DNA from: Rhizodiscina lignyota
Taxonomy: Eukaryota
Reading direction: 5' to 3'
DNA: 64,000 bases
NCBI GenBank assembly: GCA_010015805.1
Contig: ML978145.1
Location: 62,001 to 126,000, forward strand
The notes under the pieces were generated by a model. The model was not told the DNA's origin. It was given only the letters and a program-made list of their open reading frames with translations, and made no database searches. This document shows positions 1 through 12,581 of the stretch, in pieces (position 1 is the first letter of the stretch; every line of letters begins with the position of its first letter). Both the position numbers and the translations under genes were made by a program.

Positions 1-363
1 TCGGTGCTGGTGCGGCAACCGGTGGAAAGCGCTGCCCGCTCAAGTACACCCGTGCCATCCTCGACGCCATCCACTCTGGCGAGCTCGCAGACGTCGAGTA
101 CGAGACGTACGAGACATTCAACCTGAGCGTACCAAAGACCTGCCCTGGTGTGCCGGATGAGCTTCTCAACCCTGCCAAGTCATGGACTGGCACTGCCGAC
201 TTTAAGGAGGAGGTCACCAAGCTTGGATCGCTCTTCTTGGACAACTTTAAGAAGTATGCGGATGAGGCGACGCCAGAGGTTGTCGCTGTAAGTTACTCCA
301 TCCACCCATGAAGGACTGAATCGATTGCTAACTATAGCGCAGGCTGGTCCTCAAGTGAAATAG
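1..363 (+). CDS. PCK1: Phosphoenolpyruvate carboxykinase (ATP), 3' end only; intron 288-342
   Basis: Manual translation gives GAGAATGGKRCPLKYTRAILDAIHSGELADVEYETYETFNLSVPKTCPGVPDELLNPAKSW...FKKYADEATPEVVA|AGPQVK*, the typical fungal PEPCK C-terminus. GTAAGT donor at 288, CTAAC branch, CAG acceptor ending at 342, TAG at 361-363. Confidence 0.93.
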
Positions 364-923
364 ACTTTTCCTACGTTGTAGCATTTACAAAAGCCATTTG
401 GAAAGAGGGAAGACGGTGAAGAAGATTGATGACGATGCTGTGAAGCTAATAAGCCTCATTGCAATATGCATGAGACGAAGATATGAGCGCGACGTGTGAA
501 TGCAAGCCTGCCTTCATTCTTGCTGTAACTTACTGGATGGGAGCTTTTTTCGGGATATGGCAGGTTTGCTGTAACTGTACATAGCCGTTGGCGTAGGGCT
601 GAGAATGAAAAAGACTGGAAATGAACGAGAATTAAACAATATTTACAGCGTGATATTGCAATTTCCCATTCACAAATGTGGTGGCCCAGATATAATTGAA
701 AGTCGCTTCTGATTGGCCAGGATTCGTGAAGCCGCCGTACCACGCACCTCCGAACTGTGATGCTGCAAAACAATTTCCCCGCCAACAACGCGTCTTGCCT
801 CTCCCCTTTCCTTCCAAACTCTTTTTCTCTCGCTGCCTTGAAGCGAGCCATGTATTCATCGCCAAGCCACTGCTCCAGGTCGGGAAAGCGAAAGCAATTC
901 AGCCTTGACACCACCTGAGCACA

Positions 924-3900
924 ATGGAGGCAGACTGGGACGAGGTATGCCCCCGTGGAGCTTCAAAGGAACTCTAAGCCTATTTGCACACTTTTCTCGG
1001 CCATTCAAAGCTATTATGAGGGGATTGTACGAGACTGACGCGGTCTACCTCACAGGTCACCCTCATCCCGCATCCACCACCTGGAGTGCTTGCTGCTCCC
1101 ACACCCGTTACGACACTCGCGTTCGATACACAACAAGAGCTTCTATGGGCCGGCAACGACTATGTGAGTACGTTGCTTTTCGCGTCGATCCTCCCTATCC
1201 CTCTACGAGCCGCCAAACTCCGCATTTCCTTGTCCTTTCGACAATATGCTGATACTGGATATATCAGGGACGCGTCGCCTCCTTCTACGGCGCTGAGCTC
1301 CAGAAATACACTTCCTACAAGGGCCACCTAAGTTCTGAAGGCGCAGTCAAGCAGCTTCTCTTCTGCGACCGTGGCGTGCTAAGCGTATCGAGTCGCAGCG
1401 TGCATTTGGCGAGTCGAAGGGGCTTGACGCAGTGGCATTTGACGTGCGTACCTTACAATTAGGTATTGTGTTATGTGGGGATGAAGCTGATGAGAGAATA
1501 CCTTAGGAATGACGAATTCAAAGACTTACGATGCATGAGCTTCACGAGCAAGGGCACGCATGAACTGCTGATTGCGGGATGCCAGGATACGATGTTTAAG
1601 ATTGATGTGGAGAAAGGCACAATAGTCCAGACTGTGAGTTGATTGTTCGATGAGGGTTGAATAGTGGCTGAATGGTGTGCAGATACAAATAGAAGACCAA
1701 TATACCCTCATGAAGCGAGGAGGACAGTACATTTGTGCTGCGACAACAACCGGCACCATCAACCTCCTCGACCCCTCCACCTTCAAATTGATCAAGGCTT
1801 GGAGGGCGCACAATGGCCTCATCAATGACATGGATGCAAAGTCGGATTTCCTGGTGACTTGCGGCTGGTCATTGAGGCAGCAGCAAGGATATATGCTCGA
1901 TCCTCTGGCGAACGTCTTCGACCTAAAGACTCTCATGCCACTACCTCCCATTCCTTTCCAGCCTGGCGCAGCTTTCGTCAGGATGCATCCGAGGATGTCC
2001 ACGACAAGCATTGTTGCCTCTCAATCTGGTCAACTCCAAGTCGTGGACATAATGAATCCGAACACCGTTAACCTGAGACAGGTTAATACATACGACTGCT
2101 TACTGCTCTCTCTCGAGATGGCTCCATCGGGAGAGGCGCTCGCATTGACAGACACGAGATGTAATATCCATCTCTGGGGGTCACCTACAAAGATACAATT
2201 CACAGAGTACAGCAATCCGACCGAATTCCCAGATCAAGTCCTTCCTCCACAAAGCATTGACTGGTCATTGGATACTCCGCTTAATGCAGTTGGCATGCCA
2301 TACTACCGCGAGGCACTCCTCTCTGCCTGGCCAACGCATATGATTTTCGAAGTCGGCGCTCCAACCCCGAAAATCGATGCCGCTATCCTCTCAAACTTAA
2401 AGCGCGCTGACATGGGCGGTTTCGCACCAAATCCACGAAAGACACGCAGGAATCAAGCACAGGATACGCGACACTCGATGAAGACGAATGACTCTCTTGC
2501 CGCGCCGAAGTTTCTCAGTGAGAAGGCCAGAGATTCGCATTCTCAGGAAAGCGAGCGTAGGATGAGCGACGCCATTGAAGCTTTCCAGGATATGATCATG
2601 GATGGCTCGACCAGGAAGGAAGTTCCCGTCATGTATCGCAATGTCGAGATCAAGTACTCCAAGTTTGGGGTGGATGATTTCGATTTTGAGTAAGTCTGAC
2701 TACCAAACATTGTGGTATTGTGGTATTGTCTTTTGCCAACATGATCCAGGTTCTACAACAAGACCAAGTTCTCCGGTCTCGAGACGCACATTGCCAATTC
2801 GTACGCGAATCCGCTTCTCCAGCTCTACAGATTCACGCCGCTTATCCGAAACCTTGCTCTCCATCACACTTCTACATCTTGTCTCTACGAGAATTGCCTG
2901 CTATGCGAGCTCGGCTTCCTCATCGACATGCTAGAGAAGGCATCGGGCCAGAATTGCCAAGCAACCAACTTTCTAAAGACCTTCAGTTGCCAGTCTGCAG
3001 CAGCATCCCTCGGACTATTAGAAGAACATTCTGCAAATAGTTCATTGACGGCGATGATTCAGTCGGCAAACCGTTATCTTCTGGATAAATTCTGTCAAGA
3101 CTTCCGATTGATGTCACCACAGGCATCCCATTTCGAGCAGGCGCTTTCTACTCTATCCTTTGCGAGCATTCGATGCGCGCATTGCACACACGAAGACAGA
3201 CGAGGCGAGCGAGCTCTTGTGCACGAGTTGATTTATCCTCCGAAACAGGGCGGAAAGAATTCGATGCGAGGTGCACATCGACCCAGCTTTTCGCAAATTC
3301 TGAAAGCGAGTGTTGAACGGCATGAGACGACAAGGGGCTGGTGTAATAGATGCAAGCGATATCAGCAGCTCATTACGAGGAAGACGATCCAAGCTGTCCC
3401 GCCTGTACTAATGGTCAATGCCTCGATCCATAATAACGATTCAAAGCAACTGTGGGCGTCGCCGAACTGGTTGCCGCAAGAGATTGGCATCATTGTGGAC
3501 CAAGGCCAGTTCTTCTGCTATGAAGGACAGGATTTGAAGTTGCACAAAGAACGGAGAGTCTTCAATATCATGGTATACGAGCTTGTTGGTGTGGTTGCGG
3601 ACATCAACAGTGGAGAGAATCAGAAACCGCATCTGGTATCCATGATCGATGTCGCACCGTCCTCAAGAGATGTCGACGACTCGAGTCAATGGCATCTTTT
3701 CAACGACTTCCTTGTCCGGCATACTGCAAAGGAGGAAGCACTACGCTTTGAGACGAGCTGGAAGTTGCCCTCAGTGGTGACATATCAGATCAAAACAGCC
3801 AGCCATGTCATCGACGACTCTTGGAAAGACAAACTCGAGTCTGGTTTATTGTACTGGCGCGGTCCCGCACCTCAAGAAGAAGATCCGTCCGTCTTCCGCC

Positions 3901-4754
3901 CCTTGTCACAACAATTTGAAGCACCACACACCGGAACGCCAGTAGCAATCGACGCCGAATTTGTGTCCCTGCAAAGGGAAGAAATCGAAATCAAAGCAGA
4001 CGGCACACGCGAAACTGTCCGCCCCTCCCGCCTCGGTCTCGCTCGCGTCTCCGTCCTTCGAGGCTCCGGCGACGACGAAGGCATCCCCTTCATCGACGAC
4101 TACATCGCCATCGCTGATCCCGTCGTCGACTATCTCACCGCCTTCAGCGGCATCTATCCAGGCGACCTGGACCGCGCGACAAGCCGCCACGTCCTCGTGT
4201 CGCTCAAAGTCGCGTACAAGAAGCTCTGGCTTCTGCTCAATCTCGGCTGCGTGTTCGTGGGACACGGCCTGCCGAAGGATTTCCGTACGATTAATATCCA
4301 TGTGCCGAAGGCGCAGGTCGTTGATACTGTCGATTTGTTTTTCATCAAGTCCCGCCAGCGCAAGTTGAATCTCCGCTTCTTGGCGTGGCTGCTGCTCGGC
4401 GAGGAGATCCAGACCGAGGAGCATGATTCTGTGGAAGATGCGAGAACTGCGCTCGCACTGTGGCGCAAATGGCGCGAGTTTGAGGACGCGGGCATCTTGG
4501 AGAATCGGCTTGAGTGGATCTATGCGAAAGGAAGAGAAGTTGGGTATAAGGCGCCAGGAGCGAGGTTGGGCGTAGAGACGGGCAGGGTAACGGCGTCAAG
4601 GAGCGATACGCCGGAGCCTGCGGCTGTGGGTGGGACGGGTATGGGGGTTACGAGTGTGGGGGATGGGAGAGGTACGCCGGTGAAGAAGGGAACGGGCCTG
4701 GATAAAGCTTTTGGGGCGGGGAGAGGTGGGGGGTTTGGAAGTCCGTTGAGGTAA
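924..4754 (+). CDS. PAN2: PAN2-PAN3 deadenylase catalytic subunit (WD40 + UCH-like + DEDD exonuclease), multi-exon
   Basis: Starts MEADWDE|GTATGC at 924. ORFs 1086, 1677 and 2928 give a WD40 region, 'IKYSKFGVDDFDF', a UCH-like region and nuclease motifs VAIDAEFV, GHGLPKDF and HDSVEDA. Confidence 0.95.
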
Positions 4755-5494
4755 ATGTGTGATACTGTGAGACCAGATGTGGGTCTCGGAAAGGTGGAGA
4801 AAAAGAAAGCAGTAAACGGAATTGTCACAGGAGGTTCACGATCAAAGCTCCTCGGACTTGGAGTATGTGAGGCCCATAAGCAAAGTTTAGTAGAACTGTT
4901 GCTCACATAATTACTCGTATCATCTTTCTGTCTCCTTGTCGTAACGTGTTGTACGACGCGCCGCGAAGCGTGTTGTCGAGACGCGAATCCGCCGCCCCGA
5001 ACATCGCACACTGCACGTCTGCCTGATCGTCCCATTTGGTGGCATGTGGCCAGTAGTACTCAGGGGCTCTGCGATCTTGCTCTGTCCTGTGTGAGCACGG
5101 CTCTGAGCAGTTGTTTCCTCTCCGTCAGCAGGTGAGTCGTGAGGGGGATGCCCTTTCCTCGGGATGGCAGCTTCTTCTAAGCGAAGGTGGTAGAGCCAGT
5201 GTGATCTTCTAGCAGAGGAGGTGGACAGGTTGGCGATGGAAGAGATAGTAATTCTCAAATCAATGCATAGGCTGCTCTCGCTGATCTCTTGTTATGACAT
5301 CTTCGTGCTCTACCGTTCCTATGCTCTTTCTGCTCATGTCCTCGATCAGCAGCCTCTCTATTATCCCCATTTACTGTTCTCCAAAGTTCAGCACCCATCG
5401 TCATCGGGGTAGTTATTCTACCACTGCCAGGGCCCGAAGAATAGAATACGTGTATACAACGAAATATACCGGAGCCCCAGTGAGAAACATGCAA

Positions 5495-6939
5495 TTACTC
5501 CTTCTCTACGGGGCCTACATTATTATCATTCAACAACTTTAGCGATTGTCCTCTCCATACAGGACCTAGTTGACGGTGTGCTTCTTGGGTTAACGACCTG
5601 TCTGCGCCCTGCTCACCGGCAAAGTTCTCGCTTCCCGGTAACTCAGCAATAGGACTCAACTCCTCCGTCCTCTTCACTGGGCTCCCCTCGAGCTCGCTCC
5701 GCAGCATCCACGGCCGCGCAGCCCGCCCATCTGCCTCCGCCATTAGCTGTCCGTTAGCGTCCCGCACGATAGGTGTAGTCGATGTAGCGGAAGCGGGGTG
5801 TTCCTCCGATGAATCGGGTTTGGGCGGCCGTGTATCTTTGCCGCTGTCGCCGCTCTCGAATTCCGACGGCGAGCGTCTTCGACGCCTACGGCGGAGCAAG
5901 AAGAATATTATGGCAAGGAGGATCAATCCGCCGACTACGGCACCGACGATAATGCCTACTTTGGCTCCTACGCCGAGCCCTGAATTGGCACCGCCGCCTG
6001 GAGACGTGGTACCGCTAGTATGTGCGCCTGTCCCCCCGGTCGTAGAAGCCGGGATAGACGATGTAACTGTTTTACCGCTAGATGTGAAGAACATAACTGA
6101 AGCACTGCCGGAGTCTATGGGCGAGATGGACGCCGTGACTGTGTTGCCGCTTGATGTGAAAACCGTGACTGAGGCACTGCCGGGGTTTGTAGAGGCAGCA
6201 TTCGTAGAACTTGGCCCGGACGTGGCAGCCGCCGAGCTCGGTGCATTAGAAGAGCTATCATCTGCGCTAGTACTGGGAGAACCAGGGCTCTTTTGTGGGG
6301 CGCTCGATTGAGATGCGGCTGATTGAGATGCGGCTGATTGAGACGCCGCGGTTTGAGACGCTGCGGTTTGAGACGCCGCAGATTTAGACGTCGTAGGGGA
6401 GGTAGGCGTATTGCCGTCTAAGAATTTGATGCTCTGCCCGGTGCTCTGGGGTAGCGAGCAGAAGTTCGTGAGACTGGTGGAGTCGCTGAATGCAACTGTG
6501 GCTTTCGACGCGACGGTGCAGCTGCAGTATGCACCAGGCTGGAGGGTCGAGGGGTCTCCCTTTTGCGAGCAGATAGCCCATTCGCCATTGCTGTTGTCGC
6601 AGAGCGTGAGGGCGACCCACGGCTGATCTAAAGGGCCCCAGAGGTCAGCACCTCTAACAAACTTCTGGTTACGGGTACTCGCTCACCGACATCCTTCTTG
6701 GGACAACTTGCGTCTTGGTAGCTTGGGTCTGTACACCCAGCAAAGTATGTCAAATAGCTACCATAACCAGAACCGTGAAACCCGAAGCAAGCTTTATCAG
6801 CTATACAATTATCTCCTGCTCCACAACATGTCTGATGACCAAAGGCATCGTTGCCACATGGGATGAAGCTCCCGTCCAACTTTTTTCCAGGCGCAGTATA
6901 GCATGTGCCATTGCTCACATAGATGTTCGGATCACTCAT
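5495..6939 (-). CDS. Single-pass membrane protein: N-terminal Cys-rich domain, Ser/Thr/Ala-rich stalk, one TM helix, cytoplasmic tail (2 exons)
   Basis: Exon 1 (ORF 6628-6939, MSDPNIYVSNGTCY...CCGAGDNC) splices GTGAGC..CTGAC..TAG in frame into DQPWVALTLCDNS..., continuous with ORF 5495-6094, which has TM AKVGIIVGAVVGGLILLAIIFFLL followed by RRRRRRR. Confidence 0.8.
6047..6183 (-). repeat. 72-bp imperfect coding duplication
   Basis: GSASVTVFTSSGNTVTASI versus GSASVMFFTSSGKTVTSSI; 'gcactgcc' anchors at 6102 and 6174. Confidence 0.85.
6308..6382 (-). repeat. 15-bp coding tandem repeat x5 encoding (S/T)AASQ
   Basis: Plus-strand units of ttgagatgcggctga / ttgagacgccgcggt; minus-strand translation KSAASQTAASQTAASQSAASQSAASQ. 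Confidence 0.9.
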
Positions 6940-8010
6940 CGTGATGAATGCATTGTATCAGTATTGCGACGCGTCGCGCAATAGAAGATTGATGGAGTCA
7001 GAAGAGAGGCAGAAATGTTATCTCCACAGCAAGAAGTGAGAGTAAAACGACGTTTGGGGCAAACATGGCCTTCTTACATCATGGGGGGAAATACCATGTC
7101 GATACAACGATGTATGGCATGGGCATTTCCTGCATGATGAGGACAATACCATGTCAGTTCTCGAAGCTTTAACCAATGAGAGGGGATACTTATATGTCGG
7201 TGGCGAAACTGGGTTGTTCTCAAGTCCGGGTACGATAGATCGGCTTGGAGATCTTTGCCAAGTGCCATATATCCCATACGCGAGTTGCAGTTTACCCAGT
7301 GAGAATGCCTTGTTGTTGCTCTTTCAAGAATATTTTGCTCTTTCCTGAGCGCCACATCACCGCTTTGCATGCAATGCGGCCCTCATCCCGCTCGGCGCTC
7401 AATCTGGATCCGCCACTCTATGTTCTTCTACGACCCATCGCCTTCGTTGAGACTTATATAGGCAGCAATAAGACTCGTTCCAAAGGCGACTGAATGAAAT
7501 TGGAATATCCTTTCGGAACGCTTGACGACCTGATCAGAAGTCGTTCGTTTCGCCCGTCGGATCATCTCGGTGAGCCGAGCGCCCTTCCGAACGAAATACC
7601 ACGCATCGCGCCCGGAACGAACTACAGCCACCCGGGAGTGTCCTTCCCGGTCTTGTAAAAGCAGTTCAGAAAGGTTCAATCAGATTTGTTCAGAGAGGAT
7701 CTGACCGATTGTAACTTTGAGCGTAATCCGTAATGGATACGATAGTCACGTGTAGAGTATGTGGGGCTTATCCGATTCGAATTGGAATTTGCACGAGCAT
7801 TCTTTCTGCTTCTTCGTTGTTTATTCTGTTGTATGGTTGATATCACCAACGTGTGCTAAAATGTCTATTACCAAGTTATATGAAGTTTTTGGTTCTGGAC
7901 ATTGACTTGTTTCCTCGAAAGTCGACCCATCAATCGTTCATCAGTCTGCTCAGTCTCTGTTGCACAAAGGCTGCCGATCCCAAAGTCGACCAGGTGCGCA
8001 AAGATTGATC

Positions 8011-9299
8011 ATGAGCACTCGTGAGTTTATACAGAGGATATTATTCTCGAATTGTTAGGCTGACGCTAACAAAGACCGCTCCTCACCTACGACAAGCAAT
8101 CCAGATTACTTTCGAATCGAAGATGACTGGGAATGGGATCCGTCTGTCGAAAAAGATTTAAGCGACAATGCTTTCGAAGAGATTCGGAAGTACGTTCAAT
8201 CAGCTAGAGAAATGTATGACTCGGGAAAGCCGCTATTCCCACGAAGTGTCATCCTGGATGCAGCTCAACAGCTGAAGGCGAAGTCCGATAAGATTTTCCT
8301 TCGAGGATGGGATGGCCAGGTTAAGGAATACCCGTATTACAGAGCAAGGGGTGAGGAGACGCTGTAAGATTACATGTGTGGGTGCGTTTATAATTCACTG
8401 ACAGACCCGCCCGCAGCATTCCAATTCTCCACTTCGGAGCCTTTGAGAATCGCATAAAGTTCGCATATATCGCAGGATCCACCTATAATCCGCTCTCCAT
8501 CTGTTGGACAAATGGTTTTGCTCAACATCCAAGGCACACTCTTGAACAGATTACGGACAAGTTCAAGATGCATGAGAAATCTTGGAGAGAAGGAGACATT
8601 TGCCCTTTAATAACAGAATCGATCTGCAAGATGGATCCGGTCCCTACGAAAGTCATCGGTCTCGGCCTTGGTACTCCGGATCAATGCGATGGTAAGGGCC
8701 CCTTCTTTCAGCACGCAGCTATTGTTACTATCGCCGAAGTCCTTAAAGAGAAGGGCGGAAGAGAAGCAGCTTGCATGTCCTTTTGCCAAGACCCCGCGTA
8801 CAGTTCCACCGATAAGGAGCTACTGGAGGATCTTAACGTCACCGTACTCGAAAGCCCTATGGGTTTCCTGGAGATCGACAGCAATTCAATTGTTGTTTCC
8901 ATTAGTCCGAATGTACCTGTAAAACAGATAGTGGCGGACGATAGGTCACATTGGCCAGCAATGATGATTTGGGCGCGAATTGATTCCACCGAGCAAGAAA
9001 AGGAGATGTACAGTCCTCGACATGCACTGTAAGTTATTTATCATTGCCATGAAACCGGTTGGGGTTGATAGATATGCAGCTTCACAGACCCTGACGGAAA
9101 TCGAGTGCGCGCAATGGTTCGACACTATGATCGCATAGAACTTCCACAGGACGAGAGATTTACCAATTGTGCCCTGGAGCTCTATTGTCGGAGAGATCTA
9201 CTTCGTTCTCGGTTTAATGAGTGTCAAGACAATGTTCTAGACAAACTCCATCACTTGAGCTTCGGAGCGCCTCTCGTCCATGACGACGATAGAGACTAA
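8011..9299 (+). CDS. SRR1-like domain protein (4 exons)
   Basis: ATG at 8011. Introns at about 8021-8074, 8364-8416 and 9029-9079 all splice in frame. The core ORF 8568-9032 has IGLGLG...QHAA...FCQDPAYS..DKELL..L.VTVL..P.GFLEID..S.V.SISPNVPVKQIVAD, typical of fungal SRR1-domain proteins. Confidence 0.75.
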
Positions 9300-9312
9300 G
9301 GAACGTCCAATA

Positions 9313-10345
9313 CTAGAGTAAGTGCCGTTGTATCTTGTCCCAGAAATCGACAACGAAGTCACCCCCTTCCTTCAGTAGCGATCTAAATTCAGCATGTCTC
9401 CCGATGCTATCAATCTCCGATGTAATGTAATCCATTACTAGCACGCGTAGCTCATCATCCGAGTCCAGGGTATTCTCGTATATATACCGAACTAGTTCGA
9501 TGACATCAGGAATACGAGCCTCGAACAGATCAAAGAGGCCCAGCGTCTTATGTAGCTTGTGAAGTGCCATCGAAGAAAGGTTGTCGATTCCATACTTGTT
9601 GCCGAGCACGTATAATCTAGCGTGGCCGACGAAAACCGGAGTGAAATCTTGTTTGGGATCGGTGTTCGCAACCGTCTGATACAAATTGTTGAGTGCGTTC
9701 CAGGTGCGACTTTCGGGAAACATTTTGGACCGGAATTCAGCTCGCAGTTTGGATATCTTTGACTCTGTCTTCGGTTGAGACACACGCTCCCACCCCAACT
9801 TTTGCAATCTCCTCTGCTCTTTCTTAGTCATACTTTGGCCATGATTCCATCCCGCCCAAATTTCATTGCCTGCTGGCGGAGATTCTTCCGCAACTTCGTA
9901 CTCCGCAGGCGGAGGCGTGTCATCGAATAGACAACTAGGCGCGGATGGCGGTACCGGGTCGTAATCAGCCTCGTTCTGGATTTCAGTGTCCACAGGTTTC
10001 TTTCCATCATCTTGGGAGAACTTGTGGGTATCCTGTCGAACGCTGATATAGACCCGGGGCTCAGGTGGAGTGTAGTCACCAGCGTATGCAAACTGACAAA
10101 AGCGAACAAAGTCTCCGACTTCTATGTCGTCCCACCTGACGACCTTCTCTTGCGCTTCTCGTAGCGGCCCATTGATAAGTTTGTCAAGCGACGGCGCCAG
10201 CCGGGCGATTGCTTTCGAGTGGACTGTGATTGTTTTCCTTTCAGCCCCAAGGATGAAGGTGAAAAGCTCAGATGTAAAGATTCTGGAGGAGCTTGTATCA
10301 GTATCGCTCTCCAAGCTCTGGAAAGGTGGCTTACTCCTCTTGCAT
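9313..10345 (-). CDS. BTB/POZ domain protein
   Basis: FTFILG...ITVHSKAIA...LING.LREAQ...WDDIE...FVRFCQFAYAGDY and C-terminal HARLYVLGNKYGI..L...ALHKL. Likely 11-nt first exon ATGCAAGAGGA|GTAAGC starting at 10345. Confidence 0.85.
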
Positions 10346-10736
10346 TATGGAGGTGGGGTATTAGTAAGCGCCGTGTTACTACAGTGTGCTCAGGTTTCGA
10401 AGGAATCATAAGTCGCAGGTGGCGGAGGGTCTTGTTTTAACACAAGGTAGATTCACAGATGAAAGGTAATGTACGTCGAAAGGAAATGACTAGATATAAT
10501 TGATGGCCGGTAATATATCAGCGTTGATGATTGATAGAGGCTCAAGCCCGCCAATCGCCGCTAGCAACGTGTTTTTGTCGCTCTCTGTGTAACCATGCCC
10601 GCATCTGCAGACTGACCGGAAAGCGTTGATCAGGCTCTTCTGGAATGAAGCGAAAGATGGAGAAGTGCTGATGCGTAAACGTTCAAATATACAATTTCCA
10701 GGTAGCTTTTTACATACAAGTTTGTCGGCGCCTGGG

Positions 10737-12241
10737 TCAACGCTTCGGGAGAAACTTGAGCTCCTGCGCCGTCTTTATGCACTCCACAAAGTCGGCCGTA
10801 GAGTCCACCGTGGCGTGAAAACCAAATCGCCGGACCTTGTTCATGTCAAACATGATGCTGTGCTGGAAACTCACCACTCCGTCGGCGAAACCCCAACTGG
10901 CCTGATAAAACACGTCCCGATCGAGCCCTTCTCTTGCGGCCAGTCGGTCCCATGCCTCCTGGACAGGCTGCTGCTTGGCCCATTGCTCGAGGCTGTTGCG
11001 CAGCTCGAATACCCCATGCTCGCTGGGATCTCGCGGTGCAGGTAATTTACTGACGGACTGGGCAGGAAATGCGCCAGGCTTTTGAAATACCGAGTCGCTT
11101 GCCATAGGAGCTGACAGATAGGCGGCCACGTCGGGAATTACACGTGACCATGTCGGGATGTCACCGTTTGCAGCGTTGAACGCCTCGTTACCACAGGCGG
11201 GTGTGAGTGCGCAGTATTCGGAGAGTGCGGAGTTCAGGTATGCGCTCGAGAAGGTCTCTACGCTAAGATACTTCGCGTGGGTACCATAGAACTCCACAGG
11301 TTGTCCCAACTCTTGACAGATGACAATGTACAAGCCGATGGCGATTCTGGATCGTTCAAGGTTAGATTCGCTTCATTCGAAGATATGGACCTTGACTCAC
11401 CCTACATTCATGAAATTCCCCTTCACAGCCCCAATGATGTGCGAAGGCCGGACGACTGACCAATCGAAGTTTTGCTGAGGTCCGAGTTCCTTTAAAGTAT
11501 CTTCCTGGCTGTAAAGCGGCATGCAAGAGTCAGAACTGGTCGGGCTATGAAAACGGTAATGGACTAGAAAGTGGTGCTTACTGATAGTAAAAGTTCGGCA
11601 GCGTAAGGACGCGAGGGTCATCTTCTTTCGATGGGGAGATTGCTGGACCGATATGAATTCCATAGTGCTTAATATCAAATGTCAGTGCCATCTCTTCATT
11701 TCTTCGTCGCACAAAAAAATGAAGTCGTCTCACCTTTGCTCCAGTTTGCAAAACTAAGCGTTTGAATGGACGGTTTTTCATAGCCAGGATAAAATCACGA
11801 AGCATTTGACCTGGAACAGAGCGTCAGCGGTGTTCCCAAGGGCTATTGCATACCGAAAAACGTACCATTGTCAATGACCATTTGGTCCTGACCGCCCCAA
11901 AGCTCGCCTTCAGCCCCAGATGATTCTTTATATGCGAAGAAGAACACATAGTCTGCAGATACATTGACAGCATCAAGTGTGCGCTGGATTGAGTCAACCC
12001 CGCCGAGCAGGTCAATGGAGACGTGCTGAATATGGGGTGCATCAAATCCATGAGGCGGCCTGCGGGAAAGCGCGAAGATCTTCGTCCAGCGTTGCGGATG
12101 TTTGGAGAGCAACCGCAGCATGTACTGGCCTGAGATGCCATTGGCACCTACGACGATTGCCGTCTGGCCATGAATGCCTGGATAATCAGGCAAGCCACAG
12201 TACGGCCCTTCATTATACACAGTCTGGATCTGAGTGGCCAT
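10737..12241 (-). CDS. PRISE-family (progesterone 5-beta-reductase / iridoid synthase / sirQ-like) atypical SDR, multi-exon
   Basis: Motifs VGANGISG, ALSRRPP, LQTGAK|HYG, PNFYYHQED (across a splice) and WSVVRP..IIG across ORFs 11843, 11578, 11397 and 10737. Confidence 0.88.
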
Positions 12242-12368
12242 GATCGTGACGGAAATAACCAAGCAGTAGCGATGTTAGATACTACTTATTGACTATACAG
12301 AACGTCTGCATTGTTATTGACATTGGTAAGCTGTTTCAATCGTACCAAAGTGGAGAGTGGTCGAGGCC

Positions 12369-12440
12369 CTCGGATCCGTGTCCAATCCCGGTGGTCCAAA
12401 TCGGGGTCCGGTGGATCAGTGGCCGACTCCGGTGGAACAG
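12369..12440. promoter_or_regulatory. Putative Zn2Cys6 binding array in a divergent promoter (CCGGTGG x3 plus CGGATCCG palindrome)
   Basis: CCGGTGG at 12388, 12408 and 12429; CGGATCCG at 12371-12378; lies in the 340-bp gap between two divergent ATGs. Confidence 0.55.
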
Positions 12441-12581
12441 AGGCTCTGGGTGCATTTGAATACTACGCAGGCTCAGAAAGGCATTAACTGTGAATCCTTG
12501 CCTCTTCTAAGATGGATATTGTGCAGAATATAATTAAAAGTCTCCAGAACCACCCACTCGTCGGTTTCAACAGCATCCATC

